A stretch of 64,000 bases of DNA from an uncultured Bacteroidales bacterium (GTDB taxonomy: Bacteria; Bacteroidota; Bacteroidia; Bacteroidales; Muribaculaceae): positions 2,422 through 66,421 of the forward strand of contig CAMGBT010000004.1 of assembly GCA_946011725.1 (NCBI GenBank), read 5' to 3'. Shown one piece after another: positions 20,370 through 30,403 of this stretch. Made by a program: the position numbers and the translations under genes. Below the pieces are notes generated by a model. It worked only from the letters and a program-made list of their open reading frames with translations. It made no database searches and was not told the origin of the DNA. Every line of letters starts with the position of its first letter. Position 1 is the stretch's first letter.

Positions 20370-21644
20370 ATGGCACTCAAACCGTTGGCCGAACGCCTCC
20401 GCCCAAGCACTCTCAACGACTACATCGGGCAAACTCACCTCGTGGGCCCGGGCGGCATCATCCGCCGCATGATTGAATCGTCGCACGTGGCATCTTTCAT
20501 CCTCTGGGGCCCGCCCGGGGTGGGGAAGACCACTTTGGCGCGCATCATCGCCAACGCCACCGATGCGCCTTTCCACACTCTCTCGGCCGTCACATCCGGC
20601 GTGAAGGACGTGCGCGAGGTCATCGATCAGTGCCGCAAGGAGGGCTCCGGCATGTTTGCCGGAGCGCGTCCCATCCTCTTCATCGACGAAATCCACCGCT
20701 TCAGCAAAAGTCAGCAGGACAGCCTTTTGGGTGCGGTGGAAGATGGCACGGTCACCCTAATCGGCGCCACTACCGAGAACCCGTCGTTCGAAGTCATCCG
20801 TCCGCTCCTCTCGCGTGCTGCCGTCTATACCCTCAAACCGCTCACCGAGGCCGAACTTCAGCAACTGCTCGACCACGCCATCTCTACCGACGAGGTGCTC
20901 ACCCGCCGCACCGTCGATGTGCAAGAAACCGCCGCTCTCTTCCGCTACAGCGGCGGCGATGCCCGCAAGTTGCTCAACATTCTCGACTTGCTCGAACAGT
21001 CGGCCGAAGCCAACCACCCCGTGGTCATCAACGACGAAGTGGTCAGCAAGAGTCTGCAAAGCAACCCTGCCGCATACGACCGCGATGGCGAGATGCACTA
21101 CGACATTATCTCCGCTTTCATCAAGAGCATCCGCGGCTCCGATCCCGATGCCGCCGTCTACTGGCTCGCTCGCATGCTCGCCGGCGGCGAGGACCCCGAG
21201 TTCGTCGCCCGCCGACTGGTCATCTCCGCCGCCGAGGACATAGGCCTGGCCAACCCCAACGCCTTGCTCTTGGCCAACGCCACCTACGACGCAGTGATGA
21301 AAATCGGTATGCCCGAGTGCCGCATCCCACTATCCGAGTGCACCATCTACCTCGCCACTTCGGCCAAGAGCAACTCCGCTTACCTCGCCATCAACCAAGC
21401 CATGGCCGAGGTTGAACGCTCCTGCGACCTCCCCGTGCCGCTGCACCTGCGCAACGCACCCACCTCGCTGATGAAAAAGCTCGGCTACGGCGTGGAATAC
21501 AAGTACTCACACGACTATCCCGGTCACTTCGTCCGTCAGCAATTTATGCCCGACAAACTCGTAGGTCTCCGCCTGTGGGTTGCCGCTGACAACCCCGCCG
21601 AAGCCACCATGCAGCAGCGCCAGCAACAGCGCTGGGGTCAATAA
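20370..21644 (+). CDS. rarA: Replication-associated recombination protein A (MgsA/RarA)
   Basis: [60 protein letters not shown]. Confidence 0.96.
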   Translation: MALKPLAERLRPSTLNDYIGQTHLVGPGGIIRRMIESSHVASFILWGPPGVGKTTLARIIANATDAPFHTLSAVTSGVKDVREVIDQCRKEGSGMFAGARPILFIDEIHRFSKSQQDSLLGAVEDGTVTLIGATTENPSFEVIRPLLSRAAVYTLKPLTEAELQQLLDHAISTDEVLTRRTVDVQETAALFRYSGGDARKLLNILDLLEQSAEANHPVVINDEVVSKSLQSNPAAYDRDGEMHYDIISAFIKSIRGSDPDAAVYWLARMLAGGEDPEFVARRLVISAAEDIGLANPNALLLANATYDAVMKIGMPECRIPLSECTIYLATSAKSNSAYLAINQAMAEVERSCDLPVPLHLRNAPTSLMKKLGYGVEYKYSHDYPGHFVRQQFMPDKLVGLRLWVAADNPAEATMQQRQQQRWGQ

Positions 21645-21748
21645 TAGACATACTCTATTCTGCTATTGATATTTTCAGTTTGCATTTATTGTACTTATGT
21701 ATTAACTTTGCAGTGTCAAAACTCTAACTCAAACTAAAAATTTCAATT

Positions 21749-22315
21749 ATGAGAAGTATCACAACTTTCGATCTGCAATACGCACATCGCTTCTACGGCT
21801 TCCAAGGCGAAGCCCAGTACCTCCACGGCCACACCGGCGTCCTCACCATCGAAGTTGAAGACACCATCAACGAAGGCGTCAACATGGTCTACCCCTGCAA
21901 CGAAATCCAAAAGGTGGCATGGGACGTGCTCAAAAACTTCGACCACGCGCTCATCCTGCGCCACGACGATCCTCTGCTCCCCGCCATCCTCGACGTCTAC
22001 GAAAAGCAAGGCATCAAGAACGGCCATCCGCGCAACACCATGAAAGGCGAAGCATTCCGCACCGAACTCGCTCAAGCCTATCCCGACAGCCGCCTGGTGG
22101 TTACCAAAGAAACCATGACCGTGGAAGGCATGATCAAAATCGTCTACGACCTGCTCAAGGACAAACTCAACATCGCCAAAATCACCTTCACCAGTGGCGT
22201 GAACGCAGCCTCCTGCGAATTCCCCGTCACCCGCGAGCTCGACCGTTGCCCCCTGTGCGGCATCTCCCTCGACGCCGAAGGCGAATGCCCCAAATGCGGC
22301 TGGCGCAAAAAGTAA
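21749..22315 (+). CDS. 6-pyruvoyl-tetrahydropterin synthase (COG0720/QueD-like) family protein with C-terminal Cys4 zinc ribbon
   Basis: AHRF...LHGHTG, FDHALIL, and a CPLC..CPKC tail. Promoter TAACTTTG at 21703-21710. Confidence 0.8.
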   Translation: MRSITTFDLQYAHRFYGFQGEAQYLHGHTGVLTIEVEDTINEGVNMVYPCNEIQKVAWDVLKNFDHALILRHDDPLLPAILDVYEKQGIKNGHPRNTMKGEAFRTELAQAYPDSRLVVTKETMTVEGMIKIVYDLLKDKLNIAKITFTSGVNAASCEFPVTRELDRCPLCGISLDAEGECPKCGWRKK

Positions 22316-22340
22316 ACCATCACTTCGGTTCTATCTCACA

Positions 22341-22367
22341 CAAAGGCCCGCCACCCGTGGGCCTTTG
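22341..22367 (+). terminator. Hairpin after the QueD-like gene
   Basis: caaaggccc / gggcctttg. Confidence 0.55.
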
Positions 22368-22562
22368 CCGTATAATTTGCCAACGAATACAGATCTTCTG
22401 CCGTAGGATTCTCATCTGTGTATAGTTGGTGCGATGGCGGTATACCTTCCTACGAATTCCAATTTCGGTATATGTAGCAAATTTTTATTTTTTTATGATA
22501 AAATTTGGAGTTGTTAATTAATATTTGTAAATTTGCACAGCCACATCACAACTGTTACAACC

Positions 22563-24620
22563 ATGAATGATATTAGTTTAAAAGAAGGAACCGTGTTGCA
22601 TAGTCCCAAGCGTGACTATGTAGTGATTAAAGTGCTTGGTAGCGGCGGTTTCGGCATTACATATTTAGTTGAGAGCGAAGTACAAATCGACAACATTGTA
22701 GTAACCACTCGTTTTGCTGTCAAGGAGCACTTTATCCGCACACTTAGCAGCCGCGAGAATGATTCGCAGAATGTTGTGTCCTCGCAGCCTGTTACCGATG
22801 AAGTGGAACGCTCTATGAAGGCTTTCATTGCCGAGGCTAACCGCCTGCAAAAGCTCGGCATCAACCACCCCAACATCGTGCGCATCAACGAAGTGTTCCT
22901 GGCCAATAACACCGCCTACTACGTTATGGAATATCTCGAAGGCTGCTCGTTGGTCGACTATGTCAAGCAAAAAAAGCGTCTCACTTGGGAACAGGTCAGT
23001 GAGTTGCTCCATCCGGTGATCGATGCCGTAGGTGTCCTCCACGTCAACAATGTGGCTCACTATGATATTAAGCCGCAAAATATAATGGTGGTGCAAAACA
23101 AAGGTAAGTCGCGAGCAGTGCTCATCGACTTCGGCTTGGCCAAGCACTACGATGGCAAGGGCAAAGCTACCTCGTCGATTGCGGCTGCCGGCTACACCCA
23201 CGGGTATGCCCCGGTGGAACAGTATGGCGGTATCACAAATTTCCAGCCCACTGCCGATGTATATGCCTTAACCGCTACTATGGTGTTCTGCCTCACCGGT
23301 GAAGCACCCGAGCGCGCACAGGAACTCAATCTCGACAACCTTCGCGCCACCTTATTAAAATACGGTTTGGATGAAGGTGTCTGCACCAAGTTGCTCAAGG
23401 GCATGGAGTATCGCATCGGCGATCGCCCGGCCAATGCTGGCAAGCTCGCCTCGTTGCTGTTTGATGACGAACCGGTCGTGACCCAGCGCGCCCCTGGCGA
23501 TATGGGCGGCAAGAAGAAAGGTGACACCGCTCAACCTGGTGCAACCGTGACTGAAATCAAGCCCGGAAGCAAGACTGCCAAGCCCAAATCCGGCCCCCCC
23601 GGTAAGCGACCCAAATGGCTCATCCCGGCCGTTGCAGCCGGCGGAGTAGCTATCGTGGCAGTGGCACTCATTCTCAGTTGCCTTAAGGATGAAGAACCAC
23701 AGCCTCCGGTGGTGGCAGTTGTGGAGCAACCCGTTGAACCACAATCGGTGGAGGTGGTTGATACCCTTCCCGAGGTAGATTCCATTGTGGAGGAAGTTGA
23801 AACCCCTGCCCAGCAACAGCAGCAACAAAAGCAAGGACAGCAATCCAACCGCCGCCGCACCAATGCTCGCCAGTTGGAAATAACCTCCATCCAGCATCAG
23901 GAGCAAACGGTTCAGGTCGAGCAACTTTCGCCCGAACAAATGTATCAAAAAGGTATCCAGCTGTTGAGCAGCAACAAAGCCAAGGAAGCGGCATCGTTGT
24001 TCCACGATGCTGCTGTTCAAGGTCACATCAAAGCTATGTATCAATACGGCGTTTGCTTGGAGAAAGGTATCGGCGTTTCCGCCAATCCATCCGAGGCCTT
24101 CGGCTGGTATCGCCAAGCCGCCGACACGGGCTACGCCGATGCTCAATATAAGGTCGGCTGGTGTTTCCATAAGGGCAAAGGTATTGGTATCAGCCTGACT
24201 AAAGCGGCCGAATACTATCAGCTCGCTGCCGGTCAAGGCCATACCGAAGCTCAATATCAAGCAGGTAATTGCTTCTACAATGGTATCGGCGTTAAACGCG
24301 ACCGCAAGATTGCGTTTAGATATTACTCCGATGCAGCCGGTAAAGGTCATGTCGAAGCTACAAACGGCTTAGCTCTTTGCTACGAAGAAGGTCACGGCGT
24401 GAAAAAAGACCGCAACACCGCGCTCAAATACTATCTCCAAACTGCCAACAAGGGCAGCGCCCGCGGCCAATGGAGCGTCGGCCGATTCTACGAAAAAGGG
24501 TGGGGCGGTTTAGAGAAAAACAAGACACTTGCGCTTGATTGGTATCGAAAAGCCGCAGCCCAAGGGTGGGCCGATGCCGTCAACGATATGCACCGCCTCG
24601 AGCGCGAACTCAGCAAGTAA
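22563..24620 (+). CDS. Hanks-type Ser/Thr kinase with a TM helix and C-terminal Sel1-like repeats
   Basis: LGSGGFG, AVKE, HYDIKPQN, DFG, YAPVEQY; hydrophobic WLIPAVAAGGVAIVAVALIL; repeated A..G...A.Y.LG.C...G.G Sel1 units. Confidence 0.92.
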   Translation: MNDISLKEGTVLHSPKRDYVVIKVLGSGGFGITYLVESEVQIDNIVVTTRFAVKEHFIRTLSSRENDSQNVVSSQPVTDEVERSMKAFIAEANRLQKLGINHPNIVRINEVFLANNTAYYVMEYLEGCSLVDYVKQKKRLTWEQVSELLHPVIDAVGVLHVNNVAHYDIKPQNIMVVQNKGKSRAVLIDFGLAKHYDGKGKATSSIAAAGYTHGYAPVEQYGGITNFQPTADVYALTATMVFCLTGEAPERAQELNLDNLRATLLKYGLDEGVCTKLLKGMEYRIGDRPANAGKLASLLFDDEPVVTQRAPGDMGGKKKGDTAQPGATVTEIKPGSKTAKPKSGPPGKRPKWLIPAVAAGGVAIVAVALILSCLKDEEPQPPVVAVVEQPVEPQSVEVVDTLPEVDSIVEEVETPAQQQQQQKQGQQSNRRRTNARQLEITSIQHQEQTVQVEQLSPEQMYQKGIQLLSSNKAKEAASLFHDAAVQGHIKAMYQYGVCLEKGIGVSANPSEAFGWYRQAADTGYADAQYKVGWCFHKGKGIGISLTKAAEYYQLAAGQGHTEAQYQAGNCFYNGIGVKRDRKIAFRYYSDAAGKGHVEATNGLALCYEEGHGVKKDRNTALKYYLQTANKGSARGQWSVGRFYEKGWGGLEKNKTLALDWYRKAAAQGWADAVNDMHRLERELSK

Positions 24621-24695
24621 ATTCCTACATTTAATCATCACAAATCCGCCATGTATCAACTCATGGCGGATTTGCTAACAATTATTACAACCAGT

Positions 24696-25235
24696 ATGAT
24701 TGACCAAATTATCGAATATAACCGCCAATTCGTGGCCGACAAAGGTTACGAAAAGTTTATCACCTCGAAGTATCCCGACAAGAAAATCGCCATCGTTACT
24801 TGCATGGATACCCGCTTGGTGGAGCTGCTGCCCGCCGCCCTCGGCCTGAAGAACGGCGATGTGAAAATCATCAAGAACGCCGGTGGCACCATCACCAACC
24901 CCTTCGATTCCACCATGCGCTCGCTGTTGGTGGCCATCTATGAATTGGGCGTCAACGAGGTGATGATTATCGGCCACACCGGTTGCGGTGTGCAAGGTAT
25001 GGACAGCGCAGAGATGCTCGAACTCATGCGGCATCGCGGCATCTCCGACGAGCACATCAACCTCATGCGCCACTGTGGCATTGACCTCGACTCGTGGCTC
25101 CACGGCTTCGACAGCACCGCCGACGCCGTGCTCGAAACCGTCGACTTGGTCAAGAACCATCCGTTGATGCCCGCCGACGTCATCGTCCGCGGCTACATCA
25201 TGGACTCCACCACTGGTGCCCTCCAATCCATCTAA
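24696..25235 (+). CDS. Beta-class carbonic anhydrase
   Basis: TCMDTRL, KNAGG, GHTGCG zinc ligands. Confidence 0.95.
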   Translation: MIDQIIEYNRQFVADKGYEKFITSKYPDKKIAIVTCMDTRLVELLPAALGLKNGDVKIIKNAGGTITNPFDSTMRSLLVAIYELGVNEVMIIGHTGCGVQGMDSAEMLELMRHRGISDEHINLMRHCGIDLDSWLHGFDSTADAVLETVDLVKNHPLMPADVIVRGYIMDSTTGALQSI

Positions 25236-25240
25236 TACAT

Positions 25241-25276
25241 CATGCCCGCGAATCTGATTTTCGATTCGCGGGCATG
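25241..25276. terminator. Bidirectional hairpin between carbonic anhydrase and the OMP remnant
   Basis: catgcccgcgaatc / gattcgcgggcatg 14-bp stem. Confidence 0.7.
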
Positions 25277-25278
25277 GG

Positions 25279-25545
25279 TTAGAAGGAGAAGAGGGTAGCG
25301 CCGATTTGCAGGTAGGCGCGGTCCATGCGCGGATTCCACACGGCTGTGAGGTGAACGGGCAGTGTGTAGGCTTGGGTGATGCGCAGGTTGTGGGTCACCT
25401 TAAGTTGTGCATGGATGATGCCGGGTCGGTCGCTGTAGAATGTGGAGCGGTCGCCATCGCGATGGTTGAGCACAAATGTGCCGCCAAGGCCAAGGTCTAC
25501 ACTCCATTTATCATTTTTCGCCACAGTGTATTCACCGTAAACAAA
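25279..25545 (-). pseudogene. 3' remnant of an outer-membrane beta-barrel protein gene
   Basis: Frame reads FVYGEYTVAKNDKWSVDLGLGGTF...YLQIGATLFSF (beta-strand pattern, terminal Phe). No signal peptide or credible start; it begins directly after a hairpin following the Sua5 stop. Confidence 0.55.
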
Positions 25546-25588
25546 CCTTCGAACATGACCGCGCGCGTTCAGCAGGTGTGCGAACGCG

Positions 25589-26194
25589 CTACTCGAACTC
25601 GCCCAAGCCTTGGCGGATGACCTCCGGAGCGGATGCGTCGTTCAAGTCGACGATGGTCGACGGTATGGCCGAACCCTCGCCCGCCATCAGCATCAGGTCG
25701 GCGATGTCGTCGTAGTGCATGGCGATGCTCTCCGGGTTGACCAATTCGTCCTCATCGTCTAAGGCCACCGAGGTGGATAGTATAGGGTGCCCAACGGCCT
25801 CGCACAGTGCTTGCGCCACCGGTTGGTCGGGCACGCGGATGCCCACGCTCTTGCGCCCGCGAAACACCTTCGGCAACTTCGTCGTACCCTGCAAAATGAA
25901 AGTGAACGGTCCCGGCAGGTACTCCTTCAGAATCTTGAACGTGTGATTGTCGATGCGCGCATACTCCGCCGCCTGCGAGATGCCGCTGCACACTATCGAC
26001 AGCAACTGCTTCTCCGGGTTGATGCCCTTTATGCGACACAGCCGCTCGATGGCGCGGTTGTTCAGCGCATCGCACCCTAACGCGTAAATCGTGTCCGTGG
26101 GATAAATCACTATGCCGCCGTCGGCGATCACCTGCGCCGCGCGGTCGATATGCCGTTGGTCGATTTGACGACCGTAAAAAGTAAGCTGGTCCAT
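25589..26194 (-). CDS. Sua5/YrdC/YwlC family (threonylcarbamoyl-AMP synthase-like) protein
   Basis: IYPTDTIYALGCD, PGPFTFIL, VGIRVP, PILSTS, PSTIVD. Confidence 0.92.
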   Translation of the reverse strand: MDQLTFYGRQIDQRHIDRAAQVIADGGIVIYPTDTIYALGCDALNNRAIERLCRIKGINPEKQLLSIVCSGISQAAEYARIDNHTFKILKEYLPGPFTFILQGTTKLPKVFRGRKSVGIRVPDQPVAQALCEAVGHPILSTSVALDDEDELVNPESIAMHYDDIADLMLMAGEGSAIPSTIVDLNDASAPEVIRQGLGEFE

Positions 26195-26196
26195 GG

Positions 26197-26856
26197 TCAA
26201 TAAAGTTTGAAGGTTATGTTTGTGGCCGAAGCATATTCAGTGAGCAGCCGGCGAGTGAGTGCTTCCATCGCCGCCGGGTCGCCGCCGTCGTACATGTTGA
26301 TGGTCATCAGCAGACGCGTGGTTTGCTCCGACAACTTGGTGCGGTCATTGTCCGAAGTCGGAGTGCCGATGCCGCCCACCTCGTCGCGAATCACCGGCAG
26401 ACAGTGGATGTTGAGCGGTCCGCGGCCGATGGCCTCGTAAGGCTCACCCTCGCGGCCCACTCCAAGGCAGATGTTGCCCACCACCTTGTCGGCATCGAAG
26501 CCGCCGATGCTATGACCCGTCAGCAGCGACATCAAGTTAATCAAATCGATGATCGAAAGCGTGCGGTATAACTCCACACCCTTCACACAGCGCCGCGTCA
26601 ACGCCTCCGCCGACGGCCGATAGCGGTTCGGCTCCTTCCCCAACGCCTTGTACGCCCGCCGCGTGGCATCGATCGCCGGCCGCAGCCGCACCTGCTCCAT
26701 GGCCAACGTAGCCCGCAACCGTGCCGCCTCCGCCTCAATCTCCGCCCACAACTCATCCGAAGTGGGCCCATTGCACACATCCGCTTCAACAATCAACTCG
26801 CGAAACGCCGGCGCGGCCGCCCGCACCTCATCACTTACACTAAATTCAATACTCAT
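26197..26856 (-). CDS. B3/B4 tRNA-binding/editing domain protein (PheRS-beta related)
   Basis: RRAYKALGKEPNRYRPSAEAL, IDLINLMSL, GGFDAD, DSDRTKL-like motif. Confidence 0.9.
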   Translation of the reverse strand: MSIEFSVSDEVRAAAPAFRELIVEADVCNGPTSDELWAEIEAEAARLRATLAMEQVRLRPAIDATRRAYKALGKEPNRYRPSAEALTRRCVKGVELYRTLSIIDLINLMSLLTGHSIGGFDADKVVGNICLGVGREGEPYEAIGRGPLNIHCLPVIRDEVGGIGTPTSDNDRTKLSEQTTRLLMTINMYDGGDPAAMEALTRRLLTEYASATNITFKLY

Positions 26857-26866
26857 AATAGTAATC

Positions 26867-27110
26867 TAATTCATAATTCATAATTCAGGCTTTGCGGTTG
26901 CGGACAGAATGGATGAGGTGGATTTGCCGAGCATGTTTCTCTCCGCTGATTATCCACACCAAGCGATTTCCAACGATGCGACGATATCCGCCCGAAAACG
27001 CCGCAATAATTGCGACATTTCCGCCACAAAAAACCGCAAAAATTTGCGACAAAGATACAAAAAAATCCCCGCCCCACCAAAAAAATTCACAATTCACAAT
27101 GCATAATTAG
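26867..27110. repeat. Heptamer tandem repeats bracketing an intergenic segment
   Basis: (TAATTCA)x3 at 26867-26887 and AATTCAC-AATTCAC-AATGCAT at 27084-27104. Confidence 0.6.
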
Positions 27111-27818
27111 CCGGTAGCTATGCTAAAGCCAAGCGGAGATATGCTTGCAAACGCGCCGACCGGTCCCTTTTCTGATAACACCCCCTTGCAACCGAGCCCG
27201 CGAACCGAATACGAGTTAACCGACACCCCATGCGACATCCCCCCGAAAAAAGCACCACCCACAAACGTTAAAACATTATATATAGGAGCGGAAAAATTAC
27301 CCTACCGCGAAAGCTATGCATTCCCAACAACGGGAATTTTGTAGCGTTTGTGAACGGCGTAGCCCTCGCGTGTGGGCTTGCAGTGCTTGTCGGCGAAGCA
27401 GGTGCTCGTTCGCTTGCGAGCAAGACCCTCCGCAAAAATTTCCCTACAGAGATGCTTTCTCTATAAATGTGGCGGGAGTTTTGTGAATTTGGGTGATACG
27501 GCTAAAGTCGCCGGGCTGTCGTATCATCGTCTGAAAGACGCTTTGCCTTGGCAAAGAACTGCCCCGGAGCCGAAGTCTCAGCCGTCCGGGTTCGCTCAAA
27601 CGAGTTTCGCGGCTGCTGGCGTGGTCCATCCCTATCGCGGTAAAAAATCTTTGCCCTATTAAGAATTAATAATTCAGATGTGCAATTTTTTTTGCCCATA
27701 CCACGCCGTAACTTTACACAAAAATGCATATTTACGCAATTTTCTTAGGATTTTTCAAAGTAATTTCGTAACTTTGCCTTTGAAAGCACCGATATTCTGA
27801 AAAATAACTGCATTAAAT

Positions 27819-28241
27819 ATGAGCAAACAAATTGAAAAATTATCAGTCGAAATAGAACCGCTTTATCAACAAGCATTATATATAATAGAATCTGCCAAGG
27901 TGACTGCATACCGTCAGATTAATGAGGCCTTGGTGCGAAGAAATTGGTTGATTGGGCAGCTCATTGTAGAAGAAGAACGAAACGGCAACGAAAGGGCTGA
28001 ATATGGCGTTGCACTCATAAAAATGTTATCGAAGAGACTCACTGAAGCTTATGGTAAGGGCTTCACTAAATCTAATCTCTATAGTTTCGCTAAATTTTAT
28101 GAGTGCTTCCCAAACATTTTCCACTCACTGAGTGGAAAATCTGACCAGCTTCTTTCTTGGACTCACTATCGTATTGTGCTTCAAGAACTTAACGCCGATG
28201 CTCGTAGCTGGTATGTGCAAGAAGCTATTACACAAAATTGA
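27819..28241 (+). pseudogene. DUF1016/YhcG N-terminal domain, truncated (PD-(D/E)XK domain absent)
   Basis: NWLIGQLIVEEE..G.ERAEYG..LIKMLSKRLT..YGKGF..SNL..F.KFY..F...LSWTHYR. Ends at TGA where homologues continue with W-S-x-R. Promoter TAACTTTG at 27769-27776. Confidence 0.8.
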
Positions 28242-28250
28242 AAAGTTAAA

Positions 28251-28454
28251 ATGGCAGACTGCATTTCAATATATGAGGCGGCTGGGTGGCTTGATGAGAT
28301 GGCCGGCGCTGACGGTGAGATTACTCCTAACGAACGAACGGTTATGAAGTATTTCGCTGAGAAGTACCGTATGGACTTCTCGAAGCTGGTGCGTATGTTG
28401 TATGCCATTTCAACCACACGCGAGCATAAGGCGCAGTATGTCCATCCTAACTAA
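28251..28454 (+). CDS. TerB-like short ORF or fragment
   Basis: MAGADGEITPNE resembles the TerB ADG.i...E motif. Only 67 aa. Confidence 0.5.
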   Translation: MADCISIYEAAGWLDEMAGADGEITPNERTVMKYFAEKYRMDFSKLVRMLYAISTTREHKAQYVHPN

Positions 28455-28492
28455 CTGTTATTTACATAAAAGATTTGTTCCTTTTAACCAAA

Positions 28493-29935
28493 ATGGAAAC
28501 TGAACTACTCAATTCATTTTATCAAACACTACTACAAGGAGACGATTATTACAATTATCTCTTAAGTGACTATATTAACTGTAGGTCATATGATAGGAAC
28601 CAGGTTCTATATCAGTATCGAGATAGAGGTAATAAATACAATCTCGTATGGGATTTTTTTATAAGTCCAGCGCAGGCAGAAGGTTTTAAGAATCGTCATA
28701 TATCAGAAGTCAGTTTCTTTAAAGAATGGCTTTATCTTAAAACTAATCATGACGTCGCCATAGAATTAGCTGAAATAATTAAATTTATAGACTTTCTGAA
28801 CTCTCGAAATGTTCATAGAGTTGCTCAACATAATCATTACGAATGTTATGGGATATGCATGATCCTTTATAACATCTTAAACAGATATTATATCTCCATC
28901 AGAAAACAAACTAAGCCCACTCCTTATAACTTATTACGGCTGACTCACTTATATTCAATGACTTTTTCTAAATATCATTTAGACTGGGATATTTTAAAAA
29001 GTGTTGATATCCTATCCAACTTTGCCAGGATGCAAGATTTTTTTGAAAAAGATACCATCACATTACTGATTGATGCCGATATAAAGAATCTTGAAGGCGT
29101 AAAATTCATGTATATTTGGGCTATGCAGAAATGTTTCAATATTCTGCCATCAATTAGTATTAGATTGCATTATCTTACTAATGCGATGATGATGTATCAG
29201 AATCAAACCGTTGGTGGAGTTACGGAAGATGCTCTTGAAACGCCATTCAAAGAATGTTACAAGCTTGGAGAATCTTATGCAGATCAAATTCTTCAGAAAT
29301 ATGAAGAACTTATTGAATATACAGATTCTCTCATTGACCCTAATCAACTTAAAGAAGAAGTTTCAGAATTGTGCAAGGACCTTATAGAAGATGTCATGAA
29401 CAATGATTCAATAAATTGGATGCAATTTCTTAACAAATCTATTCAAATCGAAAAGTTCGATGGGACTCACATTATCTCTCCTCCATATATTCCTGCTCCA
29501 ATTCATTATACATATTTACTTAACAAAATAGGTTTAGCAAGTTATGAAATATCAAATTTACAAGAACGTGAAGAATCGCTTATGTCACCCTTAGTTAAAT
29601 ATAGTATTAGGGTCGATAATATATTAGGAAAACGAATCGAATATGGAGCTCAAACAAACTTTGCTCTATATAATAGTCGTATAGAAACCTTAGCAATGTT
29701 TCGTGATATGATACTTATGGTTGATGAAAGTAAGAATCTCCATACTATTATAATCACAGGAAATAATCTTTATGCTATTAAGAAAGACATTGACTGGACT
29801 GGTTTATTTTATGGCATTCCATGTAAAGTAATAGTATATGATTTTCCAGGTCGATTGTTTGAAGATCGTTTGATACTCACCGTGTTCGGAATATCAGAAT
29901 CTTATGACATTACTCTATTTAATACCGAAAATTAA
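28493..29935 (+). CDS. Hypothetical protein (about 480 aa), AT-rich
   Basis: Long uninterrupted ORF in AT-rich DNA, where stops would be frequent by chance. No motif recognised. Confidence 0.8.
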   Translation: METELLNSFYQTLLQGDDYYNYLLSDYINCRSYDRNQVLYQYRDRGNKYNLVWDFFISPAQAEGFKNRHISEVSFFKEWLYLKTNHDVAIELAEIIKFIDFLNSRNVHRVAQHNHYECYGICMILYNILNRYYISIRKQTKPTPYNLLRLTHLYSMTFSKYHLDWDILKSVDILSNFARMQDFFEKDTITLLIDADIKNLEGVKFMYIWAMQKCFNILPSISIRLHYLTNAMMMYQNQTVGGVTEDALETPFKECYKLGESYADQILQKYEELIEYTDSLIDPNQLKEEVSELCKDLIEDVMNNDSINWMQFLNKSIQIEKFDGTHIISPPYIPAPIHYTYLLNKIGLASYEISNLQEREESLMSPLVKYSIRVDNILGKRIEYGAQTNFALYNSRIETLAMFRDMILMVDESKNLHTIIITGNNLYAIKKDIDWTGLFYGIPCKVIVYDFPGRLFEDRLILTVFGISESYDITLFNTEN

Positions 29936-30001
29936 GCCTTCGAAAATTTTGCAATATCAAACTATTTTAGTATCTTTGCAAAAAATTCTTTAAATTATAT
30001 T

Positions 30002-30403
30002 ATGCTAGACTTAACTGTAATCTCCCATAGTCATCAAAGATTCGTAAATGGAGTGCCTGTTATGGGACATCAAATTTGCGATAGAGCATTTGTCGTTCAA
30101 AAAAAGAACTTTTCTGAGTTACTTCACTTCTCTAATGTTGTTCCGTCTGAAGGATATTTGGTTCGTTTAATAAACATGGACACTAATAAGGATCAAATGA
30201 TGCCTAAATTTATGCAAATAATTAGTGATGATGGCAATTCTATACTTCTTAAGGGCATAAACCTTAAAGTAATGGGGCGTGAAATACCCTCAACTAACCA
30301 TAAAGGTTATGGCTTGAAGTTAATCCTTAAAGACAGAAAGGTTATTAAGTGTATTTTGTATATGTACGATAGGAATACCGAAATAGAATATATAATTGGA
30401 TGA
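30002..30403 (+). CDS. Hypothetical protein (133 aa)
   Basis: Own TATCTTTG promoter at 29971-29978. Overlaps the next ORF by 4 nt. Confidence 0.75.
   Translation: MLDLTVISHSHQRFVNGVPVMGHQICDRAFVVQKKNFSELLHFSNVVPSEGYLVRLINMDTNKDQMMPKFMQIISDDGNSILLKGINLKVMGREIPSTNHKGYGLKLILKDRKVIKCILYMYDRNTEIEYIIG

Noticed and set aside
21645-21748. preQ1 riboswitch upstream of the QueD-like gene
   Set aside because: The leader after the TAACTTTG promoter is only about 35 nt and lacks the preQ1 stem and A-rich pseudoknot pattern.
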